DNA of 64,000 nt from an uncultured Hyphomicrobiales bacterium (GCA_903839845.1 CAIMEA010000079.1:4189-68188); one strand, 5' to 3'. Positions 1-11,358 are shown, counted from the stretch's first letter. A program made the numbers and translations. Notes: generated from the letters alone by a model not told the origin.

Positions 1-238
1 CGCAATTGCCGGACTCGCTGGCGTAGACGATCGTGATCGGCTCCGCCGGCCGCGCCGGCGCCGCGGGCTGCGCAGCGCCGCTTTCGCCACCCAATTGGAC
101 CGACTCGACGCCGGCCAGGAAACCGGCCAGCCAGGCGCGCTGGATCGGGGAAGCCGGCCCGACAACCCGGTTGAGCAGATCAACGTCCTCTTCGGTGAAA
201 GGCGCGGTCTTGGGGATCGTGGCAAAACCTGAAGTCAT
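1..238 (-). CDS. cysJ: Sulfite reductase flavoprotein (CysJ-like), N-terminal part; runs off the window start
   Basis: Manual translation from ATG 238: MTSGFATIPKTAPFTEEDVDLLNRVVGPASPIQRAWLAGFLAG...ITIVYASESGNC. 'QRAWLAGFLAG' and the flavodoxin 'YASESGN' loop are typical of CysJ N-termini. Not in the ORF track (truncated). Confidence 0.7.
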   Translation of the reverse strand, partial: MTSGFATIPKTAPFTEEDVDLLNRVVGPASPIQRAWLAGFLAGVESVQLGGESGAAQPAAPARPAEPITIVYASESGNC

Positions 239-491
239 GGACGGAACGCCTTTAGAGTCGCGGGTGCCAGCCTGCGAGGAACACGGATTACGCCCTAAAT
301 AGAAGGATATTCTGTTTAAATACAATGAGAGCCGACAAAAAAGGATATTATTGCCATTTACGGCTCTCCGGAGGTGCGTTTATTTCGTTTTCGCCCGTTT
401 TGAAGAAGGCGGCGTTCGCACTGCAACTAACCTGTGGACCGGCGGCGGCGGCACCCCGCAGGCGGCCGGTTCCGCCTAGATTGCATCGGGC

Positions 492-1175
492 ATGACAACA
501 CTCGCCTACCGCAATCGCCTGCGCGCGCTGCTGACGCCCGCCGAGCACAGGACGTTCGCGCGTCTCGACACGCCGCAGAAGATCCAGACCTTCCTCGACC
601 GGGTGCCGGCCAACTTCTGCCTGAACGGCGACACCGCAATGTCGCCGCGCACCATGCTCAAAGCCAATCTGGCGCATTGCGCCGAAGGCGCGGTCTTCGC
701 CGCCGCTGCGCTGGTCTATCACGGCAAGCCGGCCTGGCTGGTCGACATGCGCGCACGCCCCACCGACCAGGACCACATCATCACGCTGTTCAAGGTGCGC
801 GGCCTGTGGGGCGCGATCAGCAAGACCAACCATGCCATCCTGCGCTGGCGCGATCCGATCTACCGCAGTCCGCGCGAATTGATGATGAGCTACGCGCACG
901 AATATACGCTCGCCAGCGGACAGAAGTCGCTGTTGGAATATTCGCGGCCGATCCCGCTGACCGGCTATGCGCCAAGCCGCTGGGTGACCTTGCCCGAGGA
1001 CCTCGACTGGCTGCTGGTCGAACTCGACTCCGCGCCGCACATCCCGCTGGCGCCAAAGCACGCCATGCGTCGTCTGCGCCGCGCCACGCCGGTCGAACTC
1101 AAGGCGCAGTCGATCCTCGAATGGCCCGACCCGCGCGCGCGCAAGACGAAACGCAAACTGGTGCGCAAGGCCTAG
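492..1175 (+). CDS. Conserved hypothetical protein, possible Cys-His (papain/transglutaminase-like) hydrolase
   Basis: 227-aa ORF with coding-like codon usage; motifs AHCAEGA, DQDHII, GAISKTNH, RWRDPIYRS. Fold assignment is inference. Confidence 0.6.
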   Translation: MTTLAYRNRLRALLTPAEHRTFARLDTPQKIQTFLDRVPANFCLNGDTAMSPRTMLKANLAHCAEGAVFAAAALVYHGKPAWLVDMRARPTDQDHIITLFKVRGLWGAISKTNHAILRWRDPIYRSPRELMMSYAHEYTLASGQKSLLEYSRPIPLTGYAPSRWVTLPEDLDWLLVELDSAPHIPLAPKHAMRRLRRATPVELKAQSILEWPDPRARKTKRKLVRKA

Positions 1176-1234
1176 TGGTTTACTGCGCGGGCGCATCCGC
1201 TTAATGTCAATTATTGAACATCGAGGATGAATTC

Positions 1235-1660
1235 GTGGCGCCTGTCATTCTTCGCAGAGAGATCACCATCGCCTGGGGCGACTGCGATCCCGCCGGCATT
1301 GTCTTCAATCCCCGGTTTTTCGAATTCTTCGACGCCAGCACCTGGCAACTTTTCGATCTGGCGCTGCGCGTCAAGCCGCATCAACTCAACGATGCTTACG
1401 GCATCATCGGCATCCCGCTGGTCGACGCTCGCGCCAATTTCGTCAAGGCGGTGAAATTCGGCGACGCGGCCGAGATTGCCACGCGCGCCACCAAATTCGG
1501 CCGCTCCAGTTTCGAGATTGAACACCGCCTCAGCGTTGGCGGCGAATTGCATGTCGAGGGCAACGAGACACGGGTCTGGGCGGCGAAAGATCCCGCCGAT
1601 CCGGACAGGATCAAAGGCATCGCCTTTCCTCCTGGTGTCGTCGCGAAGTTTGGGGGCTGA
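1235..1660 (+). CDS. Acyl-CoA thioesterase (4-hydroxybenzoyl-CoA thioesterase/hotdog family)
   Basis: WGDCDPAGIVFNPRFFEFFD motif; converges on boxB. GTG 1235 has RBS GAGGA (ORF track starts at TTG 1214). Confidence 0.85.
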   Translation: MAPVILRREITIAWGDCDPAGIVFNPRFFEFFDASTWQLFDLALRVKPHQLNDAYGIIGIPLVDARANFVKAVKFGDAAEIATRATKFGRSSFEIEHRLSVGGELHVEGNETRVWAAKDPADPDRIKGIAFPPGVVAKFGG

Positions 1661-1664
1661 CGAC

Positions 1665-3107
1665 TTACGCGATCTTCACGTATTCGAAATCGCCCGGCTT
1701 GTTGTCGATGCCGACCTTGGGCGGTGCGATCCAGCTGGCGAATTTGCCCGGTTCGCTTTCCGGCTGCATCAGGCTTTCGATGAAATCCCTGTCGCCGTCG
1801 GACGGCAGGAAGTCGCCGCGCCGTTCGGCCCATTGCGCGTCGGTCAACTGGTTGCCATCGACATCGGCCTTGATCTTGGAAAATTCGCCGATGTGGCGAT
1901 GAAAGGCGACGCTCGGCAGCTTGATCTGGAACGGGATGCCGAAACCTTCGATGACCTTGTTCCAGCGGCCGACCCCGACATTGCAGTCGACGACATAATC
2001 GTCGCGCAGCCGCATGTTGAGCGCCGACAATGCCGGCGCGTCGACATTCACGATCTTGCCGTCGACCACGCGCAGCACCGGATAGATGTCATTCTCCAAC
2101 TGATGGTCGTCCTTGAGCCGATCCTCGCGGAAACGGCCCTTGATGCCGGAATGGAAGGCATTGGCCGCATTGGTCGAAATCTCGTTGCCGAACAGGTCGA
2201 GCGTCAGCGAGAAATGGAGATTCGCCTTCTTCTGGATGGTCGGCAGATCGATGACGCCGAGCTTGCGCACGGCGGCGATATCATAGGGATCCGAGATGCC
2301 GGCTTGTTTCATCGCCTCGCAGGTCTTCTGGATGACCCGGGTGACGCCGGTCTCGCCGACGAACATATGATGCGCTTCTTCGGTCAGCATGAAGCGGCAG
2401 GTGCGCGACAGCGGATCGAAGCCGGATTGCGCCAGCGCCTCGAGCTGCATCTTGCCGTCACGGTCGGTGAAGAAGGTGAACATGAAGAACGACAGCCAAT
2501 CCGGCGTCTTCTCGTTGAAGGCGCCCAGCATGCGCGGCGTATCGGCGTCGCCGGAACGGCGCTGCAACAGCGCTTCCGCTTCCTCACGGCCATCGGCGCC
2601 GAAATATTTTTGCAACAGATAGACCATGGCCCAGAGATGGCGGCCTTCCTCGACATTGACCTGGAACAGGTTGCGCAGATCGTAGAGCGAAGGCGCGGTC
2701 TTGCCGAGATGGCGCTGCTGCTCGACCGAGGCCGGCTCAGTGTCGCCCTGGATGACAATCAAGCGGCGTAACAGTGCGCGATATTCTCCCGGCACTTCCT
2801 GCCAGACCGGCTCGCCCTTGTGGCGGCCGAAGGGAATGGTGCGGCCTTCCTGCGCCGGCGCCAGCAGCACGCCCCAGCGATACTCCGGCATGCGCACGTA
2901 GTCGAACTTGGCCCAGCCTTTCGGATCGACGCTGATCGCCGTGCGCAGATAGACGAGCGATTCCTGGAAGCCTTCCGGCCCCATGTCGTTCCACCAGCTG
3001 ATATAGCCCGGGTGCCATTTCTCCAGCGCATGCTTGACGCGCACGTCGCTGCCAAGGCCGACATTGTTCGGGATCAGGCCGTCGTAATCGACCGCGGCGA
3101 TGTTCAT
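1665..3107 (-). CDS. boxB: Benzoyl-CoA 2,3-epoxidase, diiron subunit BoxB
   Basis: QGDTEPASVEQQ, VNVEEGRHLW and LTEEAHH diiron ExxH motifs; directly downstream of boxC. Confidence 0.95.
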   Translation of the reverse strand: MNIAAVDYDGLIPNNVGLGSDVRVKHALEKWHPGYISWWNDMGPEGFQESLVYLRTAISVDPKGWAKFDYVRMPEYRWGVLLAPAQEGRTIPFGRHKGEPVWQEVPGEYRALLRRLIVIQGDTEPASVEQQRHLGKTAPSLYDLRNLFQVNVEEGRHLWAMVYLLQKYFGADGREEAEALLQRRSGDADTPRMLGAFNEKTPDWLSFFMFTFFTDRDGKMQLEALAQSGFDPLSRTCRFMLTEEAHHMFVGETGVTRVIQKTCEAMKQAGISDPYDIAAVRKLGVIDLPTIQKKANLHFSLTLDLFGNEISTNAANAFHSGIKGRFREDRLKDDHQLENDIYPVLRVVDGKIVNVDAPALSALNMRLRDDYVVDCNVGVGRWNKVIEGFGIPFQIKLPSVAFHRHIGEFSKIKADVDGNQLTDAQWAERRGDFLPSDGDRDFIESLMQPESEPGKFASWIAPPKVGIDNKPGDFEYVKIA

Positions 3108-3109
3108 GG

Positions 3110-4765
3110 CTACACCCTTTCCTTATTGTAGGTCGGCGATACGCCCGAGCCGTACAGCTTCAGCGCGCCTTGTTCGCCAATGGCGTTCGGCCGCTGGAAG
3201 ATCCAGTTCTGCCAGGCGGTCAATCGGCCGAAAATCTTGGTTTCCATTGTTTCCGGTCCGGCGAAACGCAGGTTGGCTTCCATGCCGGTCATGGCGTCGG
3301 GCGAGAAGCTGGCGCGCCCCTCGAGCATGACGCGCAATTCGTCATCCCAGTCGAATGCCTCGTACGCTTGCGTGATCAGACCGAGTTCATCGGCTTGCTC
3401 CGCCTCAAGCGCAACGCCGGACTTGGCTTGCGCGGCCTTGATCGAATCCGGTTCGCCGAGAAAACGCGTTTGCAGCCGGCTCAAGCCATTGCCCATCGGA
3501 TAAAGCCCGAAATTGACATGGCCGAGGGTGATCGCGGCCAGCTTGCGATTGTCGCCATCGCGCGTTCCGATCAACATGTAGGAGCGGTCGGCGGCAAAGG
3601 CCAGTTCGGCGAGCGTTCCGGCAAAGCAGGAGCCCGGTTCGATCAGGGCGATGAAGCTCTTGGGCGTCGTGTCGATACGCTTGAGGGTCCGTTTGAGGTA
3701 GTGCCTGATCTCGCGCATCAGCCAGTCGCTGTCGTGCTGACTGAGAAATGCGTCGTAGTCCAGCACGGCCAGCGCATTGCCTTCGGTACGCAACAAAATG
3801 ACGCCGATCGCGGCCTCATTGGCGCGCAGATGGAGAATGGCGTCTTCCAGCTCGCGCGCCACCGCGAGCGGCCAGAATTTGTCACCCAGCGCATGGGCGG
3901 CGGCGAGTGAGGCAGGCTCAGGATCCGAGGGCCCGCGCACGGTGATCGTGACAAGTCCGCGCGCGCGGTCGATGTCGCAATCGACATGTGCGTAGGAAAC
4001 CCGGTCGGCGTCGATCTTTCGCGGCAGCGGATTAAAACGGATGCCTTTGGCGTCTTTGGGACGGTCCGAACGCGCGGCGAACTCGTGCGCACGTTTTGAT
4101 ACCGTGTCGTTCCATTTTGAATTCGGCACGATCTCATCGACCAGCCGCCACTCCACCGCCTTGGCGCCGCGAATGCCCTCCTCGATCGTGCAGAACACGT
4201 CAGCGCGATCGCGGCGGACGCGGCGCTTGTCGGTGACGCGGGTGAGACCGCCGGTGCCGGGCAGCACCGCCAGCAACGGCGTCTCCGGCAACGCCACGGC
4301 CGAGCGCCGGTCATCGACCAGCATGATGTGGTCGGCGGCGAGCGCCAGTTCGTAGCCGCCGCCGGCGGCATTGCCGTTGATGGCGCAGATATAGGTCTGT
4401 CTGGAATTCTCCGAAGCGTCCTCGATGGCCAGCCGCGTCTCGTTGGTGAACTTGCAAAAATTCACTTTATGACCGTGCGTCGCCTTGCCGAGCATGCGGA
4501 TATTGGCGCCGGCGCAGAACACATTGTCCTTGCCGGACTTGATGACCACCGCGCCGACCTCCGGGTGCTCGAAGCGCAGCCGCTGGACTGCGTCATTCAA
4601 TTCGATATCGACGCCGAGATCGTAGGAATTGAGCTTGAGTTCATAACCCTCGCCAAGGCCGCCCGCCTGGTCGACGTCCATGATCAGATAGGCGACGTCG
4701 CCATCGCAGTCGATGCGCCAGTGGCGATAGCGCGAGGGTTCGGTCTGGAAATCGATTCGCTGCAT
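3110..4765 (-). CDS. boxC: 2,3-epoxybenzoyl-CoA dihydrolase BoxC
   Basis: Crotonase-fold tandem protein: KLNSYDLGVDIEL, GGGYELALA, ETKIFGRLTAWQNWIFQRPNA. Start taken as MQRIDF (4765). Confidence 0.95.
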   Translation of the reverse strand: MQRIDFQTEPSRYRHWRIDCDGDVAYLIMDVDQAGGLGEGYELKLNSYDLGVDIELNDAVQRLRFEHPEVGAVVIKSGKDNVFCAGANIRMLGKATHGHKVNFCKFTNETRLAIEDASENSRQTYICAINGNAAGGGYELALAADHIMLVDDRRSAVALPETPLLAVLPGTGGLTRVTDKRRVRRDRADVFCTIEEGIRGAKAVEWRLVDEIVPNSKWNDTVSKRAHEFAARSDRPKDAKGIRFNPLPRKIDADRVSYAHVDCDIDRARGLVTITVRGPSDPEPASLAAAHALGDKFWPLAVARELEDAILHLRANEAAIGVILLRTEGNALAVLDYDAFLSQHDSDWLMREIRHYLKRTLKRIDTTPKSFIALIEPGSCFAGTLAELAFAADRSYMLIGTRDGDNRKLAAITLGHVNFGLYPMGNGLSRLQTRFLGEPDSIKAAQAKSGVALEAEQADELGLITQAYEAFDWDDELRVMLEGRASFSPDAMTGMEANLRFAGPETMETKIFGRLTAWQNWIFQRPNAIGEQGALKLYGSGVSPTYNKERV

Positions 4766-4819
4766 GCAAGGCCCTGACAATGCGCTTCCCGGCGGCAAAG
4801 CTTTGAGATCTGCGCCGCC

Positions 4820-4837
4820 TATGCATTATTTTGCATA
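4820..4837. promoter_or_regulatory. Putative BoxR operator 1 (TGCA-N6-TGCA palindrome)
   Basis: TATGCATTATTTTGCATA in the boxC/boxR divergent region; BzdR/BoxR regulators are known to bind TGCA-containing repeats. Confidence 0.65.
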
Positions 4838-4904
4838 ACACTAACATCGCTGGAAACCCGCTACAACGGCCTTGTACGTAGTATTTTCTGATCCTCCCCT
4901 TGCT

Positions 4905-4920
4905 GCGCATTATAATGCAT
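4905..4920 (+). promoter_or_regulatory. Putative BoxR operator 2 overlapping a TATAAT -10 box of boxR
   Basis: GCGCATTATAATGCAT, same spacing as operator 1; TATAAT at 4911-4916, 19 nt before the boxR ATG. Confidence 0.55.
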
Positions 4921-4934
4921 GTTAGCCAGACAGC

Positions 4935-6934
<2,000 letters not shown>

Positions 6935-6938
6935 TCCC

Positions 6939-7262
6939 ATGCCGAACGTCACCTTTATCGAACACGATGGCACCGTTCACACCGTCGAGGCCGAGCTTGG
7001 CGCGACCGTGATGGAAACCGCGTTGAAGAACGATGTCTCGAGCATCGTCGCCGAATGCGGCGGCGGCTGCACCTGTGCCACCTGCATGGTCTATGTCGAC
7101 GATGCCTGGAGCGCCCTGGTCGGTCCGCCGTCCGCCGACGAGGAATACCAGCTCGACAGCGCCTTCGAGGTGAAGCCGACCTCGCGGCTGTCTTGCCAGA
7201 TCAAGATCACCGAAGCGCTCGACGGACTCATCGTGCGCACGCCGGCCTATCAGGGGCGTTAA
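6939..7262 (+). CDS. 2Fe-2S ferredoxin (adrenodoxin/putidaredoxin/FdVI class)
   Basis: CGGGCTCATC...SRLSCQI cluster motif; 4 nt after FNR stop. Confidence 0.9.
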   Translation: MPNVTFIEHDGTVHTVEAELGATVMETALKNDVSSIVAECGGGCTCATCMVYVDDAWSALVGPPSADEEYQLDSAFEVKPTSRLSCQIKITEALDGLIVRTPAYQGR

Positions 7263-7297
7263 GCGGCTCGAATGGCCGTTTGGCGATGTCCGGGAAA

Positions 7298-7373
<76 letters not shown>

Positions 7374-7495
7374 GGATTGCCTGTCGCGGGGAGTACCGCA
7401 AGGCGAACGGTCCTCTAGCAAAGGGTTTCCCCCCTGTCCAGCCGCGCGCCGCCCGCCGGGCCGGCTCATACAGACCTGTTTTTCCAAGGAAAAAT

Positions 7496-7527
7496 AAAAA
7501 AACCGCCGGGCGGAGCCGGCGGCTTTT
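7496..7527 (-). terminator. Intrinsic terminator of the Spy/CpxP-like gene
   Basis: Stem CCGCCGG/CCGGCGG (7503-7522) followed by U7 on the minus strand. Confidence 0.75.
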
Positions 7528-7603
7528 CTGGGTGCTGGAGGCGGTCAATCGTGACGCCCGGCAGCCCACTTCCCGGACGCAGCCGGCAGGGCCGCGAAGC
7601 GGC

Positions 7604-8185
7604 TTAGAGCGGTGCCTTGCCGCCATCGGGGCCCATCGGGCCACGCTCGGGGCCACCAAAACTGCCGCGATCTTTGCCGCCATGGTGCCTGCCGGGGCCG
7701 CCGTGACGGCCGCGCCAGCCACCCTGCTCCGGTCCGCCGAGCCTGGCGAGGACCAGCAGGCGCTGCTTCTGGCCGTCGTCGAGGCTCTTGTAGAGCGGGC
7801 CCGCGGCGTCGGCGAGTTTCTTCAGCGCGGCGCCGGTCTGCGTCATCGTCTCGGCGCGCTGGTTGAGGCGGTCGATCGGATCGGCCGGCTTGTCGGCGCT
7901 GGCACGCGCGGCGAAGCGTTCCGAACGCTGCTTGGCCAGATCGCGCAGTGCGGCTTCCACCGCCGGCCAGTTCTTTTCCTGCTCGGCGGTCAGCTTGAGA
8001 CCGGCATGAACCGCGGCGATACGGGCGTCACCGTAAGCGGCGATGTCTGCCGCGCTCATCCGCGCATGATGGCCGCGCTCGGGCCCACGTCCGCCGGGTC
8101 CCTGCTGGGCGAAGGCCAACGTCGTTCCGGCAATCGCCAGCGCGGCGGTACCGGCGAGAAGCGTCTTCATCAAAGTCGATCGCAT
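7604..8185 (-). CDS. Periplasmic Spy/CpxP (LTXXQ-motif) family protein
   Basis: Signal peptide MKTLLAGTAALAIAGTTLAFA, LKLTAEQ motif, Gly/Arg-rich tails; RBS GGAGG before ATG 8185. Confidence 0.75.
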   Translation of the reverse strand: MRSTLMKTLLAGTAALAIAGTTLAFAQQGPGGRGPERGHHARMSAADIAAYGDARIAAVHAGLKLTAEQEKNWPAVEAALRDLAKQRSERFAARASADKPADPIDRLNQRAETMTQTGAALKKLADAAGPLYKSLDDGQKQRLLVLARLGGPEQGGWRGRHGGPGRHHGGKDRGSFGGPERGPMGPDGGKAPL

Positions 8186-8412
8186 GGAATTCCTCCAAAG
8201 GCATTTCTGATGCTTCAATAATGGAGTTCAGCCCTGTTGGTTCAAGTTAAGGTTTGGATAGAGATTACGTACTCGCAATGTAGATAAACCGCTGTTCATT
8301 AACGGCGTCCCGCCGCTTCAATTAGGTTCTGCGACGACATCGCGGCGCTTATGAAAATGCCGCACCAAAAAGGCGCGGCATTGCATTGCAGCTTAAAGGA
8401 CGCGCCGGCGGA

Positions 8413-9990
8413 TCAGCCGACGTCGGTCGAGTGAATCCGGTTCTCGACACCCGGGACCCGGCTGCTCTTGCTAGTCAGCTTGTTGAGCGCGCCCAGATAG
8501 GCCTTCGCCGACGCCACCAATGTATCGGGATCGGCGCCCTTGGCCGTAAAGGCGCGGCCATGCTCGGACAGCCGCACCGACACTTCAGCTTGGGCATCGG
8601 TACCTTCAGTAACCGCGTGAACCTGATACAGCTCGAGCTTGGCCTCGTGCGGCACCAGCGCCCGGATCGCATTGAAGATCGCATCGACCGGACCGTTACC
8701 GGTCGATTGCGTGGTGATGTGCTTGCCCTCGATATCCAGCGTCAATGTCGCCGACTGCGGACCCATCGTGCCGGCGATGACCGTCAAGGAGATGATCTTG
8801 ATGCGGTCATGCGCGTGCGCGATTTCCTCATCGACCAAAGCTTCGATGTCCTCGTCGTAGATCTGCTTTTTCTTGTCGGCCAAAGCCTTGAAACGCACGA
8901 AGGCGTCTTCCAGCTGGTTCGACGCCAATTGATAGCCGAGCTCTTCCAGCTTGTGCTCGAAAGCGTGGCGGCCGGAATGCTTGCCCATGACCAGCGAGGT
9001 CTGTTTCACGCCGACGGTTTCCGGCGTCATGATCTCGTAGGTCTGCGCGTTCTTGAGCATGCCGTCCTGATGGATGCCGCTCTCATGCGCGAAGGCGTTC
9101 CGCCCGACGATGGCCTTGTTGTACTGCACCGGGAACGACGTTACCGCCGAGACGAGCTTGGACGCGCGCGTCAGCATCGCCGGCTTGATGCCGGTATAAT
9201 ACGGCATGACATCGTTGCGCACCTGCATCGCCATCACGACTTCCTCGAGCGCGGTATTGCCGGCGCGTTCGCCAATGCCGTTGACGGTGCATTCGATCTG
9301 CCGCGCGCCACCGGCAACGCCGGCCAGCGAATTGGCCACTGCCATGCCGAGATCGTCATGGCAGTGCACCGAGAAAATCGCCTTGTCGGAATTCGGCACG
9401 CGCTCGCGCACCATCTTGAACAAGGCCATGTATTCCTCCGGCACCGTATAGCCGACGGTGTCGGGGATATTGATCGTGGTGGCGCCGGCCTTGATCGCGG
9501 CCTCGACGCAGCGGCACAGGAAGTCGTGCTCGGTGCGGGTGCCGTCCTCGGCCGACCACTCGACGTCATCGGTGTGGCTGCGTGCGCGGGTGACCTGCCC
9601 GATCACCATTTCATAAACTTCGTGTGGCTCCTTCTGCAGTTTCCACTTCATGTGCACCGGCGACGTGGACAGAAAGGTGTGGATGCGGCGGCGCTTGGCC
9701 GGCTTGATCGCCTCGGCGCAGCGGTCGATGTCCTTGGGCGAAGCGCGCGACAGGCCGCAGATCACGGAGTTCTTGGCGCGGCGGGCGATCTCGTTGACGG
9801 CGGCGAAGTCGCCGTCCGAAGCGATCGGAAAGCCTGCCTCGATCACGTCCACGCCCATATCGTCGAGCAACTCGGCGACCTCGAGCTTTTCCTCGTGGGT
9901 CATGGTGGCGCCGGGGCACTGCTCGCCGTCGCGCAAAGTGGTGTCGAATACGATGACGCGGTCCTTATCGGACTGGGTCTGGGTCGTCAT
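8413..9990 (-). CDS. leuA: 2-isopropylmalate synthase
   Basis: [44 protein letters not shown] motifs plus regulatory domain. Confidence 0.97.
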   Translation of the reverse strand: MTTQTQSDKDRVIVFDTTLRDGEQCPGATMTHEEKLEVAELLDDMGVDVIEAGFPIASDGDFAAVNEIARRAKNSVICGLSRASPKDIDRCAEAIKPAKRRRIHTFLSTSPVHMKWKLQKEPHEVYEMVIGQVTRARSHTDDVEWSAEDGTRTEHDFLCRCVEAAIKAGATTINIPDTVGYTVPEEYMALFKMVRERVPNSDKAIFSVHCHDDLGMAVANSLAGVAGGARQIECTVNGIGERAGNTALEEVVMAMQVRNDVMPYYTGIKPAMLTRASKLVSAVTSFPVQYNKAIVGRNAFAHESGIHQDGMLKNAQTYEIMTPETVGVKQTSLVMGKHSGRHAFEHKLEELGYQLASNQLEDAFVRFKALADKKKQIYDEDIEALVDEEIAHAHDRIKIISLTVIAGTMGPQSATLTLDIEGKHITTQSTGNGPVDAIFNAIRALVPHEAKLELYQVHAVTEGTDAQAEVSVRLSEHGRAFTAKGADPDTLVASAKAYLGALNKLTSKSSRVPGVENRIHSTDVG

Positions 9991-10099
9991 GGGAGTGATC
10001 CTTCTCGTCGAGTGCGCCGCTGAGAGGGCGCCATTTTAAGGGTGCTGTCCGGTACCGCCTGTCCCCCGAGTGCCCAGGCGCGTTGCGCCCAGCCGGCCC

Positions 10100-10147
10100 T
10101 CAGGGGCGGATAAGGAGAAGGAGCGTGCCCAGAATAAGGGTTGCCAT
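10100..10147 (-). CDS. leuA leader (attenuator) peptide MATLILGTLLLLIRP
   Basis: ATG GCA ACC CTT ATT CTG GGC ACG CTC CTT CTC CTT ATC CGC CCC TGA: 6 Leu in 15 codons, 4 consecutive; ends 110 nt upstream of leuA. Confidence 0.8.
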   Translation of the reverse strand: MATLILGTLLLLIRP

Positions 10148-10358
10148 AGGGCTGCCAACCGCGTCGGCCTTGCCGGCCGCCGGTTCGATCGCGCAGATGG
10201 GCTGCAGCGTCGACATTGGCAAAATCAACCCTCGTTTCGACTGTCAGGATCGAGGACTTTGGTAAAGTCCACGTTAAATCCCAGCCGAGGCCTCGCTTCT
10301 AGCGGAAATCGCCAGCCAAAATCAAGGATGGCGATAGGTCAGCAATGCTGTCTATCTT

Positions 10359-10439
10359 GTAGGGTGGGCTAAGCGAAGCGAGCGCACCATTCGTGGCCGC
10401 GGTGGGCTCGGCGCGAAGCCGCGCCTTAGCCCACCCTAC
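10359..10439. repeat. REP-like palindromic element (GTAG family), copy 1
   Basis: Termini GTAGGGTGGGCTAAG...CTTAGCCCACCCTAC are perfect inverted repeats; near-identical copy at 42642-42729. Confidence 0.85.
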
Positions 10440-10452
10440 TCAGCAGTGCCAC

Positions 10453-11334
10453 TCACCCTTCCGCTTCCAGCGCCTTCCTGGCCGATTGCAAATCCTTGAG
10501 AGCCTGACCCTCAACCTTTGGATAGGCCAGATCGAGGCCTTCCATCGCCTTGGCCACCGCGCCGGCGACCACCAGCCGGGTGAACCATTTATTGTCCGCG
10601 GGCACGACGTACCACGGCGCCTCATCGCGGCTGGTTTCCTGAATCAGTTTTTCATAGGCATCCATGTATCGTGGCCACAGCTTGCGCTCGGCCACATCAC
10701 CCATGGAAAATTTCCACCGTTTGCCAGGCTGATCGATGCGCTCGAGAAAGCGCTTGCGCTGTTCCTCCAGCGACACATTGAGAAAGAATTTCAAAACCAA
10801 TGTGCCGTTGCGCGCCAGATGCCGCTCGAAGGCGCGGATATCGTCGAAGCGGTGCTGCCAGATTTTCTTGCTGGCAACCGCGTCCGGCAATCGTTGGCGC
10901 GCCAGGTATTCGCCATGCACGCGGACGGTCAGCACTTCCTCGTAGTGCGAACGATTGAAAATGCCGATACGGCCGCGCTCGGGCAGCGCCTTGCCGATCC
11001 GCCAGAGAAAATCGTGGTCGAGTTCTTCCTCGCTCGGCGCCTTGAACGAATGAACTTGCACGCCTTGCGGATTGATGCCGCTCATGACGTGCTTGATGAC
11101 GCTGTCCTTGCCGGCGGCATCCATGGCCTGAAACACCAGCAGCACCGACCATTTGTTGTTGGCGTAGAGTTTTTCCTGCAATTCCGCGAGCCGCTCGACG
11201 CCCTCGCTGAGCAACGCCTTGGCGTCCTCCTTGTCGATCGACAGGCCGCAGCATTCGGCCGGGTCATGATCGGCCAGACGGAACTTGCCCGGTTTGTCGA
11301 CGCGAAACTGTTTGGCGAGTTTGGCGAGCTTCAT
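10453..11334 (-). CDS. ppk2: Polyphosphate kinase 2 family (class III-like) polyP:nucleotide phosphotransferase
   Basis: FQAMDAAGKDSVIKHV Walker A, IFNRSHYEEVL Walker B, KFSMGDVAER lid. Confidence 0.9.
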   Translation of the reverse strand: MKLAKLAKQFRVDKPGKFRLADHDPAECCGLSIDKEDAKALLSEGVERLAELQEKLYANNKWSVLLVFQAMDAAGKDSVIKHVMSGINPQGVQVHSFKAPSEEELDHDFLWRIGKALPERGRIGIFNRSHYEEVLTVRVHGEYLARQRLPDAVASKKIWQHRFDDIRAFERHLARNGTLVLKFFLNVSLEEQRKRFLERIDQPGKRWKFSMGDVAERKLWPRYMDAYEKLIQETSRDEAPWYVVPADNKWFTRLVVAGAVAKAMEGLDLAYPKVEGQALKDLQSARKALEAEG

Positions 11335-11358
11335 GAGATGTTTTCCTGACCGGCCATT

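Noticed and set aside
8386-10023. Long antisense ORFs (e.g. 8386-10023 +, 1476-2771 +, 15930-17774 +, 33710-35317 +, 37780-39630 +, 51034-52578 +, 59459-61678 -)
   Set aside because: Each is the reverse-frame shadow of a well-recognised gene; high GC3 removes antisense stops, and the translations show no family motifs.
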